Assembly: GCA_027062325.1 (NCBI GenBank)
Contig: JAMOTN010000003.1
Span: 1 to 59,065 of the forward strand
Source of the DNA: a bacterium
GTDB taxonomy: Bacteria > JAMOTN01
Length of the DNA stretch: 59,065 nt
Direction: 5' to 3'
Shown piece after piece: positions 1 to 9,848 of this stretch; positions within the stretch are counted from its first letter, which is position 1; each line of letters begins with the position of its first letter. Made by a program: the position numbers and the translations under genes. Under the pieces are notes generated by a model that saw nothing but the letters and a program-made list of their open reading frames with translations, was not told the DNA's origin and did no database searches.

Positions 1-59
1 TAAACAACATCAGCTTTTATCTCTCCTGCTGCTATTTTGCAGAATATGCACTCCGGCAT
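1..59 (-). CDS. HIT family (HinT-like) protein, N-terminal fragment running off the left edge
   Basis: Not in the ORF track because it is truncated. Minus-strand ATG at 59-57 with GGGAGG (plus 68-73) 8 nt upstream. Translation MPECIFCKIAAGEIKADVV matches the conserved CIFCKI-x-GE N-terminus of histidine-triad proteins. Confidence 0.5.
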   Translation of the reverse strand, partial: MPECIFCKIAAGEIKADVV

Positions 60-300
60 TAGATCAACCTCCCTTTTACAAAATACCTTTTAAAATTTAA
101 CCTATTAATTCATGTACCTGCGCCTAACCACTCTTTTAAACTTCGAATAACTACATAAATTCAATACATACAAATTTAGCGCTCCATTAATTGCACACTT
201 CCTCAACTACCAAACTCACATCCATTATATGGTTGCATATCCGATTGCTATTATCAAACAATTCAATGTTTTCAACTTCGCCTACATTAGAGTGACGGCG

Positions 301-343
301 CCTCTCTTCTCTTTTTTTCTCTTCTCTTCTCTTCTCTTCCCTT
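301..343. repeat. 43-nt pure polypyrimidine tract containing (CTCTT)x2, T5, (CTCTT)x4
   Basis: Read directly: only C/T on the plus strand from 301 to 343. CTCTT units lie at 304-313 and 319-338. Confidence 0.9.
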
Positions 344-399
344 ATTATTCCCTCCATCTATCGTCCTAACTCCCCTCTAAAGAGTGAGTCGGAAGAAAT

Positions 400-1278
400 T
401 TAATTTATTGGAGTTCCCTCACTTTGAACAAGCTTCTTAAACTCTTCACGCAATTTCAAAGTCCACTTACCAGGCTTTCCATTACCTATCTTTCTCCCAT
501 CAAGTTCAACAAGAGGCATAATCTCAGCTGCACTACCAGTCAAGAAGCACTCATCTGCCGTGTACACATCGTAACGACCAAACAACTCCTCCTTAACCTC
601 CATTCCAACCTTACGTGCAATATCCATCACAGTGTTACGTGTAATCCCCTCAAGGATTCCTATGTACTTTGGAGGCGTTGTAAGGGTATTTCCTTTTATA
701 ATGAACACGTTATCTGCTGTACACTCAGTTACATACCCCTCAGCATTCAACATTATAGCCTCAAGGTAATCTCCGTGAGTTATTGCCTCAATCTTCGCCA
801 TTATGTTGTTCAAGTAATTAAGCGACTTAATACGAGGTGAAAACATTTCAGGATTCATACGGCGCGTAGGAACAGTTATTGCTTTTATTCCTTCTTCGTA
901 AAACTTCTCAGGGTAAAGTTTTATTGTGTCTGTGATTATGATAACTGTAGGTTTGGGACATTTTCTCGGATCCAATCCAAGATCTCCAACTCCTCTTGTC
1001 ACAACAAGTCGAATATAACCATCGTTTAAGTTGTTCTCGCGCAACGTCTCAATAACTGCCTTCTTCATCTCCTCTTTGGTCATTGGAATCTCAAGCCATA
1101 TAGCATGTGCAGAATCGTATAGTCTATCTATATGCTCATCCAGCTTGAATACCCTTCCATTATAAACTCTTATACCTTCAAAAACACCATCTCCATACAA
1201 AAGCCCATGATCGTAAACACTAATCTTTGCCTCCTCCTTTGGATAAAATTTGCCATCAATCCAAACTTTTAAAGACAT
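400..1278 (-). CDS. ilvE: branched-chain amino acid aminotransferase (class IV PLP enzyme)
   Basis: 292 aa. Motifs: [68 protein letters not shown] before the ATG at 1278. Confidence 0.9.
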   Translation of the reverse strand: MSLKVWIDGKFYPKEEAKISVYDHGLLYGDGVFEGIRVYNGRVFKLDEHIDRLYDSAHAIWLEIPMTKEEMKKAVIETLRENNLNDGYIRLVVTRGVGDLGLDPRKCPKPTVIIITDTIKLYPEKFYEEGIKAITVPTRRMNPEMFSPRIKSLNYLNNIMAKIEAITHGDYLEAIMLNAEGYVTECTADNVFIIKGNTLTTPPKYIGILEGITRNTVMDIARKVGMEVKEELFGRYDVYTADECFLTGSAAEIMPLVELDGRKIGNGKPGKWTLKLREEFKKLVQSEGTPIN

Positions 1279-1545
1279 ATCAAATCCCTCCTTTGAAAGG
1301 TTATCTAACTCCTCATCCTAAAGTTTTCAAAACTCCCCTATTATCCAGGCACATTAAAATTCCAACTTCAACAAAGCTTATACTAATCCTTTATATATTT
1401 TAGCAAAAACACCTTTTTCGTCTAATCACTTTTTTATCATCACTGATCACTTATTCACCAATTCTCTTTTGATAAAACTAGTATGCAAAACCATGAGGTA
1501 TCACTAATCATTTATATGCCACATTAAACATTATTTGAACAAAAT

Positions 1546-1575
1546 TTGACACCTAACCTAAAATCAGTATATAAT
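1546..1575 (+). promoter_or_regulatory. sigma70-like promoter (TTGACA-18-TATAAT) upstream of the C11 peptidase gene
   Basis: TTGACA at 1546-1551 and TATAAT at 1570-1575, about 145 nt upstream of the ATG at 1720. Confidence 0.45.
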
Positions 1576-1719
1576 AATATCTTACAGTCATTTGGAACAA
1601 CCAGTAATTTTTACATTAAAATTGAAGTATGCAGGACAGTAGCAGGAAGAATATTGAGGTAAAGCGTTAGGTTACACTTGCTAAATTTTAGGGAGAATGT
1701 AGGTAGGAGGGTGAGGAGT

Positions 1720-2898
1720 ATGAAGAAGTATGTTGTTAGCTTGCTTTCCTTAGTGATGCTTTTGTATTTTAGTGCAGCTGCTCAAACAGCAGAATGGACA
1801 TGGGTCGTATTTATTAACGCTGACAACAACCTTGAAGGCGCAGGACTTGATGATTTGAATGAAATGGAAATCGCAGGTAGCACCGATCAAGTTAACATTG
1901 TCGTTCTTTTGGACAGAGCAAGAGGCTACTCCTATGACGAGGGTAACTGGACAGGAACACGCCTTTTCTATGTTCAAAAAGACCCAAATATGAAAAAGAT
2001 TAATTCTACTCTTCTGAAAGACTATGGCGAACTTGACATGGGAGATTGGAGAGTCCTTGCAAAAGTATTTAAAGATGTAGTTGCTCAGTATCCTGCAAAG
2101 AGATACGCAGTTGTTCTCTGGAACCACGGTTCTGGATGGAAGAAAAAGGACAATCCTCTTTTGAAAGGAATTTCTTACGACGATCAAAGTGGTAATCATA
2201 TCAAATCTTGGGAGCTTCATGAATTTGGAGCAGAGCTTGTCAAGATTGCCGGTAAAAAAATTGATCTTTTTGGAATGGACGCATGCTTGATGGGAATGCT
2301 TGAAGTTGCGTACGAACTCAAGGATTATGCAGATTACCTCGTTTACAGCGAGCAGACAGAACCTTGGGACGGCTGGCCACACGATGACATCCTTACAAAA
2401 CTCGTAGAAAATCCAACAATATCTACTCGCGATTTGGCAGCTTTTATGGCAAAAGCATTCGTTGATTCTTACAACTACGGTTCACAGGGTCATGAGCCAG
2501 ACGTTACTCAAAGTGCCATAGATCTTTCAAAGATCGATGCTCTTGCAGATGAACTCGATGAGGTTGCAAAGGATGTTATAAACCTTGAAGACAAGAAGGA
2601 ACTCCTTAGAACTATGAAGTATTCACCAAACTTCTATTACACCGACTACAAAGACTTAGGAACTCTCTTAAAGCGCATGGATAAGTTTGTAGATACAGAC
2701 AAAGCACTTGAGGCTTACAAAGCTGCCGTAGTTGCAGCTCACACCAATTCAACCAGATTAAAAGTCACCGGCATGTCCATCTGGGTTCCAAAATATGCTT
2801 CTTACTTGATGGATAAATACGGTAAGCTTCAGTTCTCCCAAGATCACCTGTGGGATGACATGCTGGCTGATCTCTTCTCTAAGAGGCTAGCTGAGTAA
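1720..2898 (+). CDS. secreted clostripain-family cysteine peptidase (MEROPS C11)
   Basis: Start moved to ATG 1720 (GGAGGGTGAGG upstream). Signal peptide MKKYVVSLLSLVMLLYFSAAAQ. C11 landmarks: WTWVVFINADNNLE, VVLWNHGSGW (His) and GMDACLMGMLEV (Cys). Confidence 0.8.
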   Translation: MKKYVVSLLSLVMLLYFSAAAQTAEWTWVVFINADNNLEGAGLDDLNEMEIAGSTDQVNIVVLLDRARGYSYDEGNWTGTRLFYVQKDPNMKKINSTLLKDYGELDMGDWRVLAKVFKDVVAQYPAKRYAVVLWNHGSGWKKKDNPLLKGISYDDQSGNHIKSWELHEFGAELVKIAGKKIDLFGMDACLMGMLEVAYELKDYADYLVYSEQTEPWDGWPHDDILTKLVENPTISTRDLAAFMAKAFVDSYNYGSQGHEPDVTQSAIDLSKIDALADELDEVAKDVINLEDKKELLRTMKYSPNFYYTDYKDLGTLLKRMDKFVDTDKALEAYKAAVVAAHTNSTRLKVTGMSIWVPKYASYLMDKYGKLQFSQDHLWDDMLADLFSKRLAE

Positions 2899-2931
2899 TC
2901 CCTGAAGGGGTTAAATTACCAATAATGCGTG

Positions 2932-2969
2932 GCCCTGCTCTCGATTGATGAGGGCAGGGCTTTTTTTTT
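2932..2969 (+). terminator. rho-independent terminator after the C11 peptidase gene
   Basis: GCCCTGCTC / GGGCAGGGC stem (9 bp with one G-T pair), 11-nt loop, followed by T9 (2961-2969). Confidence 0.75.
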
Positions 2970-2974
2970 ATAAT
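2945..2974 (+). promoter_or_regulatory. possible promoter (TTGATG-18-TATAAT) embedded in the terminator hairpin
   Basis: TTGATG at 2945-2950 lies in the hairpin loop. TATAAT at 2969-2974 follows the T-run. It would drive the 3002 gene. Confidence 0.3.
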
Positions 2975-3001
2975 ATTTACGCTCAATACTAAAAACGGGA
3001 T

Positions 3002-3613
3002 GTGGTAGGGATGAGCGACGAAATGCTTTTGGAAGACTTTAAAGACACTACAAAGAAGAAAAACCAACGTATCCCAAAACCATCTGAAATTCTTACTTCT
3101 GGCACCTGTGTTCGCATATTCCAAGACGGTCAAGATTGGATTGTTCAATCCCCAACTTTGTATCCTCAAAAGACAATCTATATCTTATGGGGAGTAAGTG
3201 GTTTTCTAGGTTTTCTAGGTTTAATCTGTCTGTTTAAAATTTTCTCAAATTTCATACTATTTACCTCACTTGCTGCAGCATTTTTGCTGAGCGCCGCATA
3301 TCTTTTCTTACAAACACGTATTAAGTGGCAGATTAGATTTTCATACGACTTCGTTGAAATTACTAAGGAACAAATAGGAACTTCTGTTTACAAAGTTGAG
3401 TTCCCTCAATACAAAAGAGCTGAAATTTTACGTGAAGATCTCCCTGATATATTCGGTTATCCTGTAGCTGTCATAACAGAAGAGGATAGATTTATAATAA
3501 GGGTTCCAGATCAAGAATCTCAACAAACTCTCTACAACGCTCTTCAAGCTTGCTGGCACTACTTCAAGCAGAAAAGATACGAAGCGGGTGAGCTGGAGAT
3601 TGAAGCATCGTAA
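3002..3613 (+). CDS. hypothetical membrane protein (two central TM helices)
   Basis: 203-aa ORF with the hydrophobic stretch YILWGVSGFLGFLGLICLF...LFTSLAAAFLLSAAYLFL. Start is uncertain (GTG 3002 or ATG 3011). No recognisable motif. Confidence 0.5.
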   Translation: MVGMSDEMLLEDFKDTTKKKNQRIPKPSEILTSGTCVRIFQDGQDWIVQSPTLYPQKTIYILWGVSGFLGFLGLICLFKIFSNFILFTSLAAAFLLSAAYLFLQTRIKWQIRFSYDFVEITKEQIGTSVYKVEFPQYKRAEILREDLPDIFGYPVAVITEEDRFIIRVPDQESQQTLYNALQACWHYFKQKRYEAGELEIEAS

Positions 3614-4103
3614 AGCAAATTTAAAAGCCCGAGTAGTTCCAGCAGCAGCAGTTGGTACAGTTGCTTTTCTGGTAATGTTATTCGAGTTTCCAGTTATTCC
3701 AGCAGCCCCTTATCTAAAGGTGGATTTATCTGCAGTTGTATTAGCCACTTTCGCAATTTTAAAGGGTAATTGGGTATCAGCTCTATTTATAAAGGACTTT
3801 TTATTTTTCCTGATGCGTCCAGATCCTATAGGAGTTGCTGTTGACTTTACTCTTAATTCCATATTTTTAAGCTCAGTCTACTTAACTCAGCATTTCCTTT
3901 TATCATCAGTTCTAACCGTCATTAGCGGAATAATTGTAGGTTCTATTGCTGTCAAATTTTACACAGGGCATTTAGATAGCACAATGTTTTTCATTATTCT
4001 ACAATTTAATGTGATAAAGTGGAGCCTTATAGGAATTGTATCCTATTGGATTGTTAGACATAACAAAAGAATTGTGGTGAGACTATGGCAGAAGTTGCGC
4101 TAA
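3588..4103 (+). CDS. ECF transporter S component (RibU-like fold), substrate unknown
   Basis: 171 aa. FLVMLFEFPVIPAAPYLKVDLSAVVLATFAIL resembles the FEFP...LK-x-D-x-S signature of ECF S components. About 5-6 TM segments. Start is uncertain (GTG 3588 or TTG 3600). Confidence 0.55.
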   Translation: MSWRLKHRKANLKARVVPAAAVGTVAFLVMLFEFPVIPAAPYLKVDLSAVVLATFAILKGNWVSALFIKDFLFFLMRPDPIGVAVDFTLNSIFLSSVYLTQHFLLSSVLTVISGIIVGSIAVKFYTGHLDSTMFFIILQFNVIKWSLIGIVSYWIVRHNKRIVVRLWQKLR

Positions 4104-5368
4104 TTGGTCTGGGACTTGCAGGATCCGAATTTGCTCTTAAACTTGCAAGTTTTGGCATAGAAGTCGATGCTTTTGAGAAGCAAGACAAGTTCGCCTATCT
4201 AATATGCAGCAATTCATTGCGAGGCACATCACTTAAAACTGCGGCAGGTATTCTAAAAGCAGAGCTTCTTGCACTCTCAAGTCCGTTGATAACAACAGCT
4301 TACGAGTGTGCAATCTCTAAAGAAGGAGCTTTAACAGTTGACAGAGAAGTGTTTTCCCAAAAGATAACTGCTATGATAAATGAAACTCCTTTGATAAACG
4401 TTATAAAAAAGGAAATAACCTCTTTTGAAGAACTATCTTCTTACAAACTGATAATCTGTGCAGCAGGCCCACTAGTTGACGGAAAGCTTGCCGAAGAGAT
4501 AAAAAAACTATCAGGTGGCTTTTTTCACTTCTGGGATGCCATAGCTCCAGTTGTCTGGGATTATTCACTTGATAAAAGCAAAATGTTTTTTGCTAATAGG
4601 CACGTTCCTCATGCAAAAGACTACCTCAATATTCCTCTAACAGAAGAGGAGTATTTTTCACTTGTAGAAGACCTAAAGAGTGCAGAAACAGTTGAACTTC
4701 ATGATCATGATAAAAATTTTTTTGAGGGATGCCTTCCTATTGAAGAGATGGCAAAGCGCGGAGATTTGACTTTAAAATACGGTCCGCTATCTCCCAAAGG
4801 CTTAGTGGATCCAAAAACAGGAAAAGAGCCGTTTGCAGTAGTGCAACTTCGTCAAGAAGATTTTGAGCAGAAAGCATGGGGGCTTGTTGGATTTCAAACT
4901 CGCCTCAAATGGGGGGAACAAAAACGAATCCTTCGAAAACTTCCGGGTATGGAAAAAGCAGAATTTGTCAGACTGGGGGTAATACATCGAAATTCATACA
5001 TTAACGCTCCAAAAGTGCTGGATGAAAAACTACAGATAAAAGGTACAAACATAGCAATTCTGGGCCAACTTTCTGGAATTGAAGGATATATTGAAGCCAT
5101 TGCCACAGGAATGCTTGCAAGCATATTTACCGCAAACTCCATAAAAAAACGTTTTTTACACGAGGAAATCCTTCCCCCTCAAAATACAATGCTTCGCGGA
5201 ATTTACGAGTGGTTAACCGTTCCAAAGAAAAAATTTTATCCAATGAATGTTTCTTTTGCTCTCATAAAAGCAAAAGTAAAACGGAAAAATCGCGAAGAGT
5301 TTGGTAAATCTTCTGTAAACAAAATAAAAGAGTATGCTGCATATCTCAAAAAGTTAATGCCAACTTAA
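4085..5368 (+). CDS. trmFO: methylenetetrahydrofolate--tRNA-(uracil54-C5)-methyltransferase
   Basis: GLGLAGSE FAD loop, LICSNSLR (catalytic Cys), FFEGCLPIEEMAKRG (second Cys), GFQTRLKWGEQKR, VIHRNSYINAP. Confidence 0.85.
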   Translation: MAEVALIGLGLAGSEFALKLASFGIEVDAFEKQDKFAYLICSNSLRGTSLKTAAGILKAELLALSSPLITTAYECAISKEGALTVDREVFSQKITAMINETPLINVIKKEITSFEELSSYKLIICAAGPLVDGKLAEEIKKLSGGFFHFWDAIAPVVWDYSLDKSKMFFANRHVPHAKDYLNIPLTEEEYFSLVEDLKSAETVELHDHDKNFFEGCLPIEEMAKRGDLTLKYGPLSPKGLVDPKTGKEPFAVVQLRQEDFEQKAWGLVGFQTRLKWGEQKRILRKLPGMEKAEFVRLGVIHRNSYINAPKVLDEKLQIKGTNIAILGQLSGIEGYIEAIATGMLASIFTANSIKKRFLHEEILPPQNTMLRGIYEWLTVPKKKFYPMNVSFALIKAKVKRKNREEFGKSSVNKIKEYAAYLKKLMPT

Positions 5369-6771
5369 TTTTTCTTTTTAAAAATTCTACTAATCCTAAA
5401 ATTTGCAGGTAATTCGTAAAATTGTTCAAACAAAACGTAAGCAATTGGTGTAATAAAAGCAACAATTGCCAATAAACTTATACCCCTTATCCCCATAAAT
5501 TTAAGTGGCAAAAACAAAACTCCATTCAAAGTAAAAGTTTTCAAAATATTAAAAAAAAGCACGCTTATATCAAATCCTTCCTTGACAAGAATATAAGACA
5601 CAACTACAAAACCTACCACACTCGTTCCAAAATATACACCTACTATTCCATAATCCTTCACCAACAAGTAATCAGCTATAACATTTGCTATTATACTCAT
5701 CCAACTCAACTCCCAATAAGCCTGTGGTCTTCCCACAAGTTGAAAATATCTAACCAAATATATCCACTGCATTCCCACTACTAATCTCTGAATAACACTA
5801 ACCCTTAACGCTTCCGAAAATGATATTAAATTAATACTAGCCGGCATCCAGTTAGCAACCACTCTGACAATGTCTGCAGAAAAAAGGTATATAATTACGC
5901 TCACAGGACCTGCTACATAAAAAACCAAATCCGTAAATTTTCTGTACATCCCAAGGTAATACTCCTTACCCTTTTTTGAAAACTCTATGCTTGCTCTCAT
6001 AAACAAAGATTTAATAGCAGAAAAAATTCCCCCCAACATCAGGTTAGTATACTGACCAATAGTAACACTAACGTGATACATCATCATAAAAAAGTAATCA
6101 ACCAAGGCGTATATTTTATTTGCACTAACCTTCAAAATTACTCCCTTAATATTCAACACAAAAATTTTGAATGCTCTATCAAACGTAACTTTTGGAAAAC
6201 TCTCCACTATAGGAGCTATCTTAAACATGTAAAAAGCATATTCTACAAACAAAGTCACAATAGCAGGTAACAAAAACATGTATACCAAAGTCACAACACC
6301 ACTTTTTCCGAAAAATGCCACCAAAAACATGCTAATTGAAAAAACCAATCTCAAAACATTTATAAGCCAGTAGTAACCCGAATAACTTATCTGCACTTCT
6401 AGGTGTACCATCGCTATCTCAACCAAAAAATACAATATTAACAACAACTTCCAAAAAGTCATATACCCTGTAAAAAACACTAGCGTTACTGCGGTTAAAG
6501 TTGCATATCCCATAAATATGAACTCAGACAAAAGCAATAGCTTAAAACCTAAATTTTTCCTACTCTTTCCCAAAAACATAAAAGATCCTTCAAGTGAAGA
6601 AGATATTAGATGCAATCCAAGAGACAACACATTAAAAAACATCCAAAACTTATCATAAGATTGGGATACACCAAATTTTCTAAGTAAAACTATAGTTCTC
6701 GCAAATCCAAAAATTTTTGATAAAAAGAAAGCCGTCAGGTGAACAACACTTTTAAACACTAATCCTTTCAT
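5365..6771 (-). CDS. murJ: MurJ/MviN-like polytopic membrane protein (putative lipid II flippase)
   Basis: 468 aa, highly hydrophobic throughout. The N-terminus SKIFGFARTIVLLRKFGVSQSYDKFWMFFNV parallels the MurJ SR-x-LGF-x-RD...FG...DAF motif. Confidence 0.55.
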   Translation of the reverse strand: MKGLVFKSVVHLTAFFLSKIFGFARTIVLLRKFGVSQSYDKFWMFFNVLSLGLHLISSSLEGSFMFLGKSRKNLGFKLLLLSEFIFMGYATLTAVTLVFFTGYMTFWKLLLILYFLVEIAMVHLEVQISYSGYYWLINVLRLVFSISMFLVAFFGKSGVVTLVYMFLLPAIVTLFVEYAFYMFKIAPIVESFPKVTFDRAFKIFVLNIKGVILKVSANKIYALVDYFFMMMYHVSVTIGQYTNLMLGGIFSAIKSLFMRASIEFSKKGKEYYLGMYRKFTDLVFYVAGPVSVIIYLFSADIVRVVANWMPASINLISFSEALRVSVIQRLVVGMQWIYLVRYFQLVGRPQAYWELSWMSIIANVIADYLLVKDYGIVGVYFGTSVVGFVVVSYILVKEGFDISVLFFNILKTFTLNGVLFLPLKFMGIRGISLLAIVAFITPIAYVLFEQFYELPANFRISRIFKKKN

Positions 6772-6825
6772 ACACCATTATCTTAACAACTCAACCCTTG
6801 GATAGGCTATTTTTTAAGCAACAAA

Positions 6826-7476
6826 CTACTTCTTCTTACGTCCTTTACTTGTCTTTTTAGCAGACTTTGAACTTTTTCCAGTCCTTGATTTAGTCCCTTT
6901 CTTCTTTTTCTTTTGAGTCTCCTCATCTTCTATGAAACTGTTAAACAATAAGCTAACGAACGAAACAGTACTGACAAATAGAAACCCAAAAACAAACAAA
7001 CCAAATAGTAAAAACAATAGGTCCTGTAAGTATTGCCCAAAACTCAAACTCTGGCCCTTTTTCACCCATGAGGTTGAAAGAAATGGCTTCACTACAATAT
7101 CCCCATTGTTTAAACTAGCGTAAAAGTCAGCAGTAACAGTCTCAGTTATAGGCATCCCCTTATCTGGCTGAATACGAATCTGATACGTTGCCACAGTCGT
7201 CCCAGGTATAGTCTGAGGTGGAAATTTGAACACCTTTCCCTCTATATGAGTGAAAAACTTTCCTACATCAAACAACCTCACGTACATGTAGCCAACCAAA
7301 ACACCTATGACTACTAAAAATATGATCTGAGATGCAAATAAAAAACGGCTCTTTTTATAAGTCCTTTTTAACGAATCTATTGGATAGTTAAACACCATCT
7401 TTATAAATTCTATAAATTCACGTACCTCTTCTTTAAATTCCCTCTCCTCCTGAATCTTCCTACCACTTGCTGGCAT
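6826..7476 (-). CDS. hypothetical two-TM membrane protein with a lysine-rich C-terminal tail
   Basis: 216 aa with GGGGGAG SD. TM1 is IIFLVVIGVLVGYMYV and TM2 is LLFLLFGLFVFGFLFVSTVSFVSLLF. C-terminus is ETQKKKKKGTKSRTGKSSKSAKKTSKGRKKK. Confidence 0.55.
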   Translation of the reverse strand: MPASGRKIQEEREFKEEVREFIEFIKMVFNYPIDSLKRTYKKSRFLFASQIIFLVVIGVLVGYMYVRLFDVGKFFTHIEGKVFKFPPQTIPGTTVATYQIRIQPDKGMPITETVTADFYASLNNGDIVVKPFLSTSWVKKGQSLSFGQYLQDLLFLLFGLFVFGFLFVSTVSFVSLLFNSFIEDEETQKKKKKGTKSRTGKSSKSAKKTSKGRKKK

Positions 7477-7584
7477 AAAACTCCCCCCTGATAAACTGTA
7501 GTACCGTCTATATCATACCAAATAGGCTATAAACTGCCAATACAAGCCTTTTTCAAGGTTTATCAATTTTTATTTTCATCTTAC

Positions 7585-9765
7585 TCATCCAACATCATCA
7601 ATCAGCTGCTCAATTTTATCCTCGGCTATCCCAAGTCTACTCAATATACGCGATGCCCCTTCCAAATCCACCAGTACTTTTCTAGGCTTCTTATCTTCAA
7701 ATGGCCCTACAGCCCCAACTTTCTCAAGCTGCTCCATCAAATACATTGCACGTGTATGTCCTATTTTAAAAAGACGTTGAAAATTGGCAACAGAGGCTTT
7801 ACCAGTCTTTGCAACAAGTACCAATGCTTCTGGAAGTAACGGATCAAATTCTTCAAGTTTTTCACCTTCAAATATCACAGTCTCCATCTCTAATGCTTCT
7901 TGAGTATCCCCCCTCCACTTATCAGTAATTTGAATTATTTCTTTTTCCGCTAGGAAAGGTGCTTGAATACGAAGTGGAGTATTGCTGCCAATTGGTTTGT
8001 ATAGCATATCTCCCTTTCCAAGCAAACTCTCTGCACCTTTTGCATCCAAAATAACGCGTGAGTCAGTTGCTGAAGAAACAGAAAAGGCAACGCGCGAAGG
8101 TAAATTCGCCTTTATCACACCTGTGAGCACGTCCACAGAGGGACGCTGAGTAGCAATAACAAGGTGTATACCAATTGCACGGGCTTTCTGCGAGAGACGT
8201 GCAATCGACAACTCAACCTCGTTTCTGGCAACCATCATAAGATCCGCAAGCTCATCAACTACAACCACTATGTAGGGCATCTTCTCTTCTGCCACAGCAT
8301 TATACGCCTCTATATCTTTGACTTTGTAGCGCGTAAGAAGTTCATACCTCTTCTCCATCTCGTCCACTGCCCACTTGAGAGCCCTTGAGGCCTTTCTCAC
8401 ATCAACCACTGGTGGTATGAGTAGATAACGTGATCCTTCGTAAAGCGAAAACTCAACCATCTTAGGATCAACAAGTATGAACTTAACCACATCTGGCGTC
8501 GCCTTGGTCATTATTCCACATATTACAGAATGTAAAAATACACTCTTTCCAGATCCTGTAGTTCCAGCAACGAGAAGATGTGGCATTTTTCTTAAATCAT
8601 CTATTCTTACTCGTCCTGTTATATCAACTCCAAGTAAAAGTGGAAGGGGAGTAGGAGTACGTCTGAAGGTTTTAGAGGAGACAAGCTTTTTAAATAACAC
8701 TGTCTGGCGTTTTTTTCGTGGTAACTCTATTCCCACCGTATCTTTCCCTTCCAATGGCGCAACTATCCTGATTCTACCCGCTGCCAATTTTACCGCTAAA
8801 TCATCTGATAAATTCGTAAGCTTATTCAACCTAACTCCCTTATCCAGCTTTACCTCATACATAACAACAGATGGTCCCGCTTGATAATTGACAACCGTTG
8901 ACTTGACTCCAAATTCCTGAAGTGCCTCTTGTAACTCCTCTTTCAAAGCCTCTAAATCTTCCTCATTTTCCTCAAACTCAACAGTTTCCACTTCATCTTC
9001 AAATTCAAACTCTTCCACACCATCAGCTACAGAACTAGACGACTCCTCTCGAAAAGAATCTTGCACTTCCTTTTTCCCATTCTCCTCAATATCATATGAA
9101 CCTTCCTTCTCAATAACCTCTTCTTCTTTTCCAGTAATTCTTTCTTCAGAAGCACTATCCTCGCTTCTACGAATGTCCCAGATAAACACATTTTTTTTCA
9201 TAAAACTCCACAAATTCAAAATAAAATTGCCAACCCTATCCAGTAAAGCACGTAACACATCCCTTGAAAACGTATAAGCTTTTGACACTCCATCTTCCAA
9301 TAAATCATCATCAATTTCTGTAAACAATACTAACAGCAATACACTGAACGCCAACGCCAAAGTAAATGTATATCCGAAAGCATATTGCAGGAAAAATACC
9401 ATCTTAAATCCAATACTACCGCCATCACCAAAAATTTGCTCAGCCACAAATGGACTTGAAGCAAGAAAAAGCAACCATGGAGCCCAACGCACCCCATCCA
9501 TATGCTCTCTTTGAAAATCTACAACTCTGGAACTATCAACATCATTAATATTCTCCGCTTTTTCAGAAGGAATTGAGATACTTTCTATAGGTTCAGCGGC
9601 CACTTCTTCCAATTCAAGTGCAACTTTCAACAAAAAAATCGAAAACAATAGTGGGGAATACCCGAGTAAATGCCTTATCTCCTTGATAAGCTCTCCAGAT
9701 GAGAGATACGAAATCCATACAAGAAAAACAACTACCCATATAAATCCTTTTATGACCTTCATCAA
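7585..9765 (-). CDS. ftsK: DNA translocase FtsK/SpoIIIE
   Basis: N-terminal TM domain and acidic linker. Walker A LLVAGTTGSGKSV, Walker B VVVVDELADLM, ATQRPSVDVLTGVIKANLPSRVAFSV. C-terminal gamma winged helix ASVANFQRLFKIGHTRAMYLMEQLEKVGAVG. Confidence 0.9.
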   Translation of the reverse strand: MMKVIKGFIWVVVFLVWISYLSSGELIKEIRHLLGYSPLLFSIFLLKVALELEEVAAEPIESISIPSEKAENINDVDSSRVVDFQREHMDGVRWAPWLLFLASSPFVAEQIFGDGGSIGFKMVFFLQYAFGYTFTLALAFSVLLLVLFTEIDDDLLEDGVSKAYTFSRDVLRALLDRVGNFILNLWSFMKKNVFIWDIRRSEDSASEERITGKEEEVIEKEGSYDIEENGKKEVQDSFREESSSSVADGVEEFEFEDEVETVEFEENEEDLEALKEELQEALQEFGVKSTVVNYQAGPSVVMYEVKLDKGVRLNKLTNLSDDLAVKLAAGRIRIVAPLEGKDTVGIELPRKKRQTVLFKKLVSSKTFRRTPTPLPLLLGVDITGRVRIDDLRKMPHLLVAGTTGSGKSVFLHSVICGIMTKATPDVVKFILVDPKMVEFSLYEGSRYLLIPPVVDVRKASRALKWAVDEMEKRYELLTRYKVKDIEAYNAVAEEKMPYIVVVVDELADLMMVARNEVELSIARLSQKARAIGIHLVIATQRPSVDVLTGVIKANLPSRVAFSVSSATDSRVILDAKGAESLLGKGDMLYKPIGSNTPLRIQAPFLAEKEIIQITDKWRGDTQEALEMETVIFEGEKLEEFDPLLPEALVLVAKTGKASVANFQRLFKIGHTRAMYLMEQLEKVGAVGPFEDKKPRKVLVDLEGASRILSRLGIAEDKIEQLIDDVG

Positions 9766-9848
9766 ATCATTTTCGGGCAGAAACGGTATATCTTTAAATG
9801 AACCTTACTCAATAAACAAACTTCAGTTAAACTGCTTTTTCTAATGGT

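Noticed and set aside
301-343. CT-rich repeat as a CRISPR-like or minisatellite array
   Set aside because: The units are 5 nt with no spacers, so it is a microsatellite and not a CRISPR. No CRISPR-like repeat-spacer pattern was seen anywhere in the window.
1750-2382. 210-aa minus-strand ORF antisense to the C11 peptidase gene (and similar antisense ORFs at 424-840, 8477-8884, 16294-16689, 29714-30241)
   Set aside because: Each overlaps a sense ORF with strong family motifs. None has motifs or ribosome-binding sites of its own.
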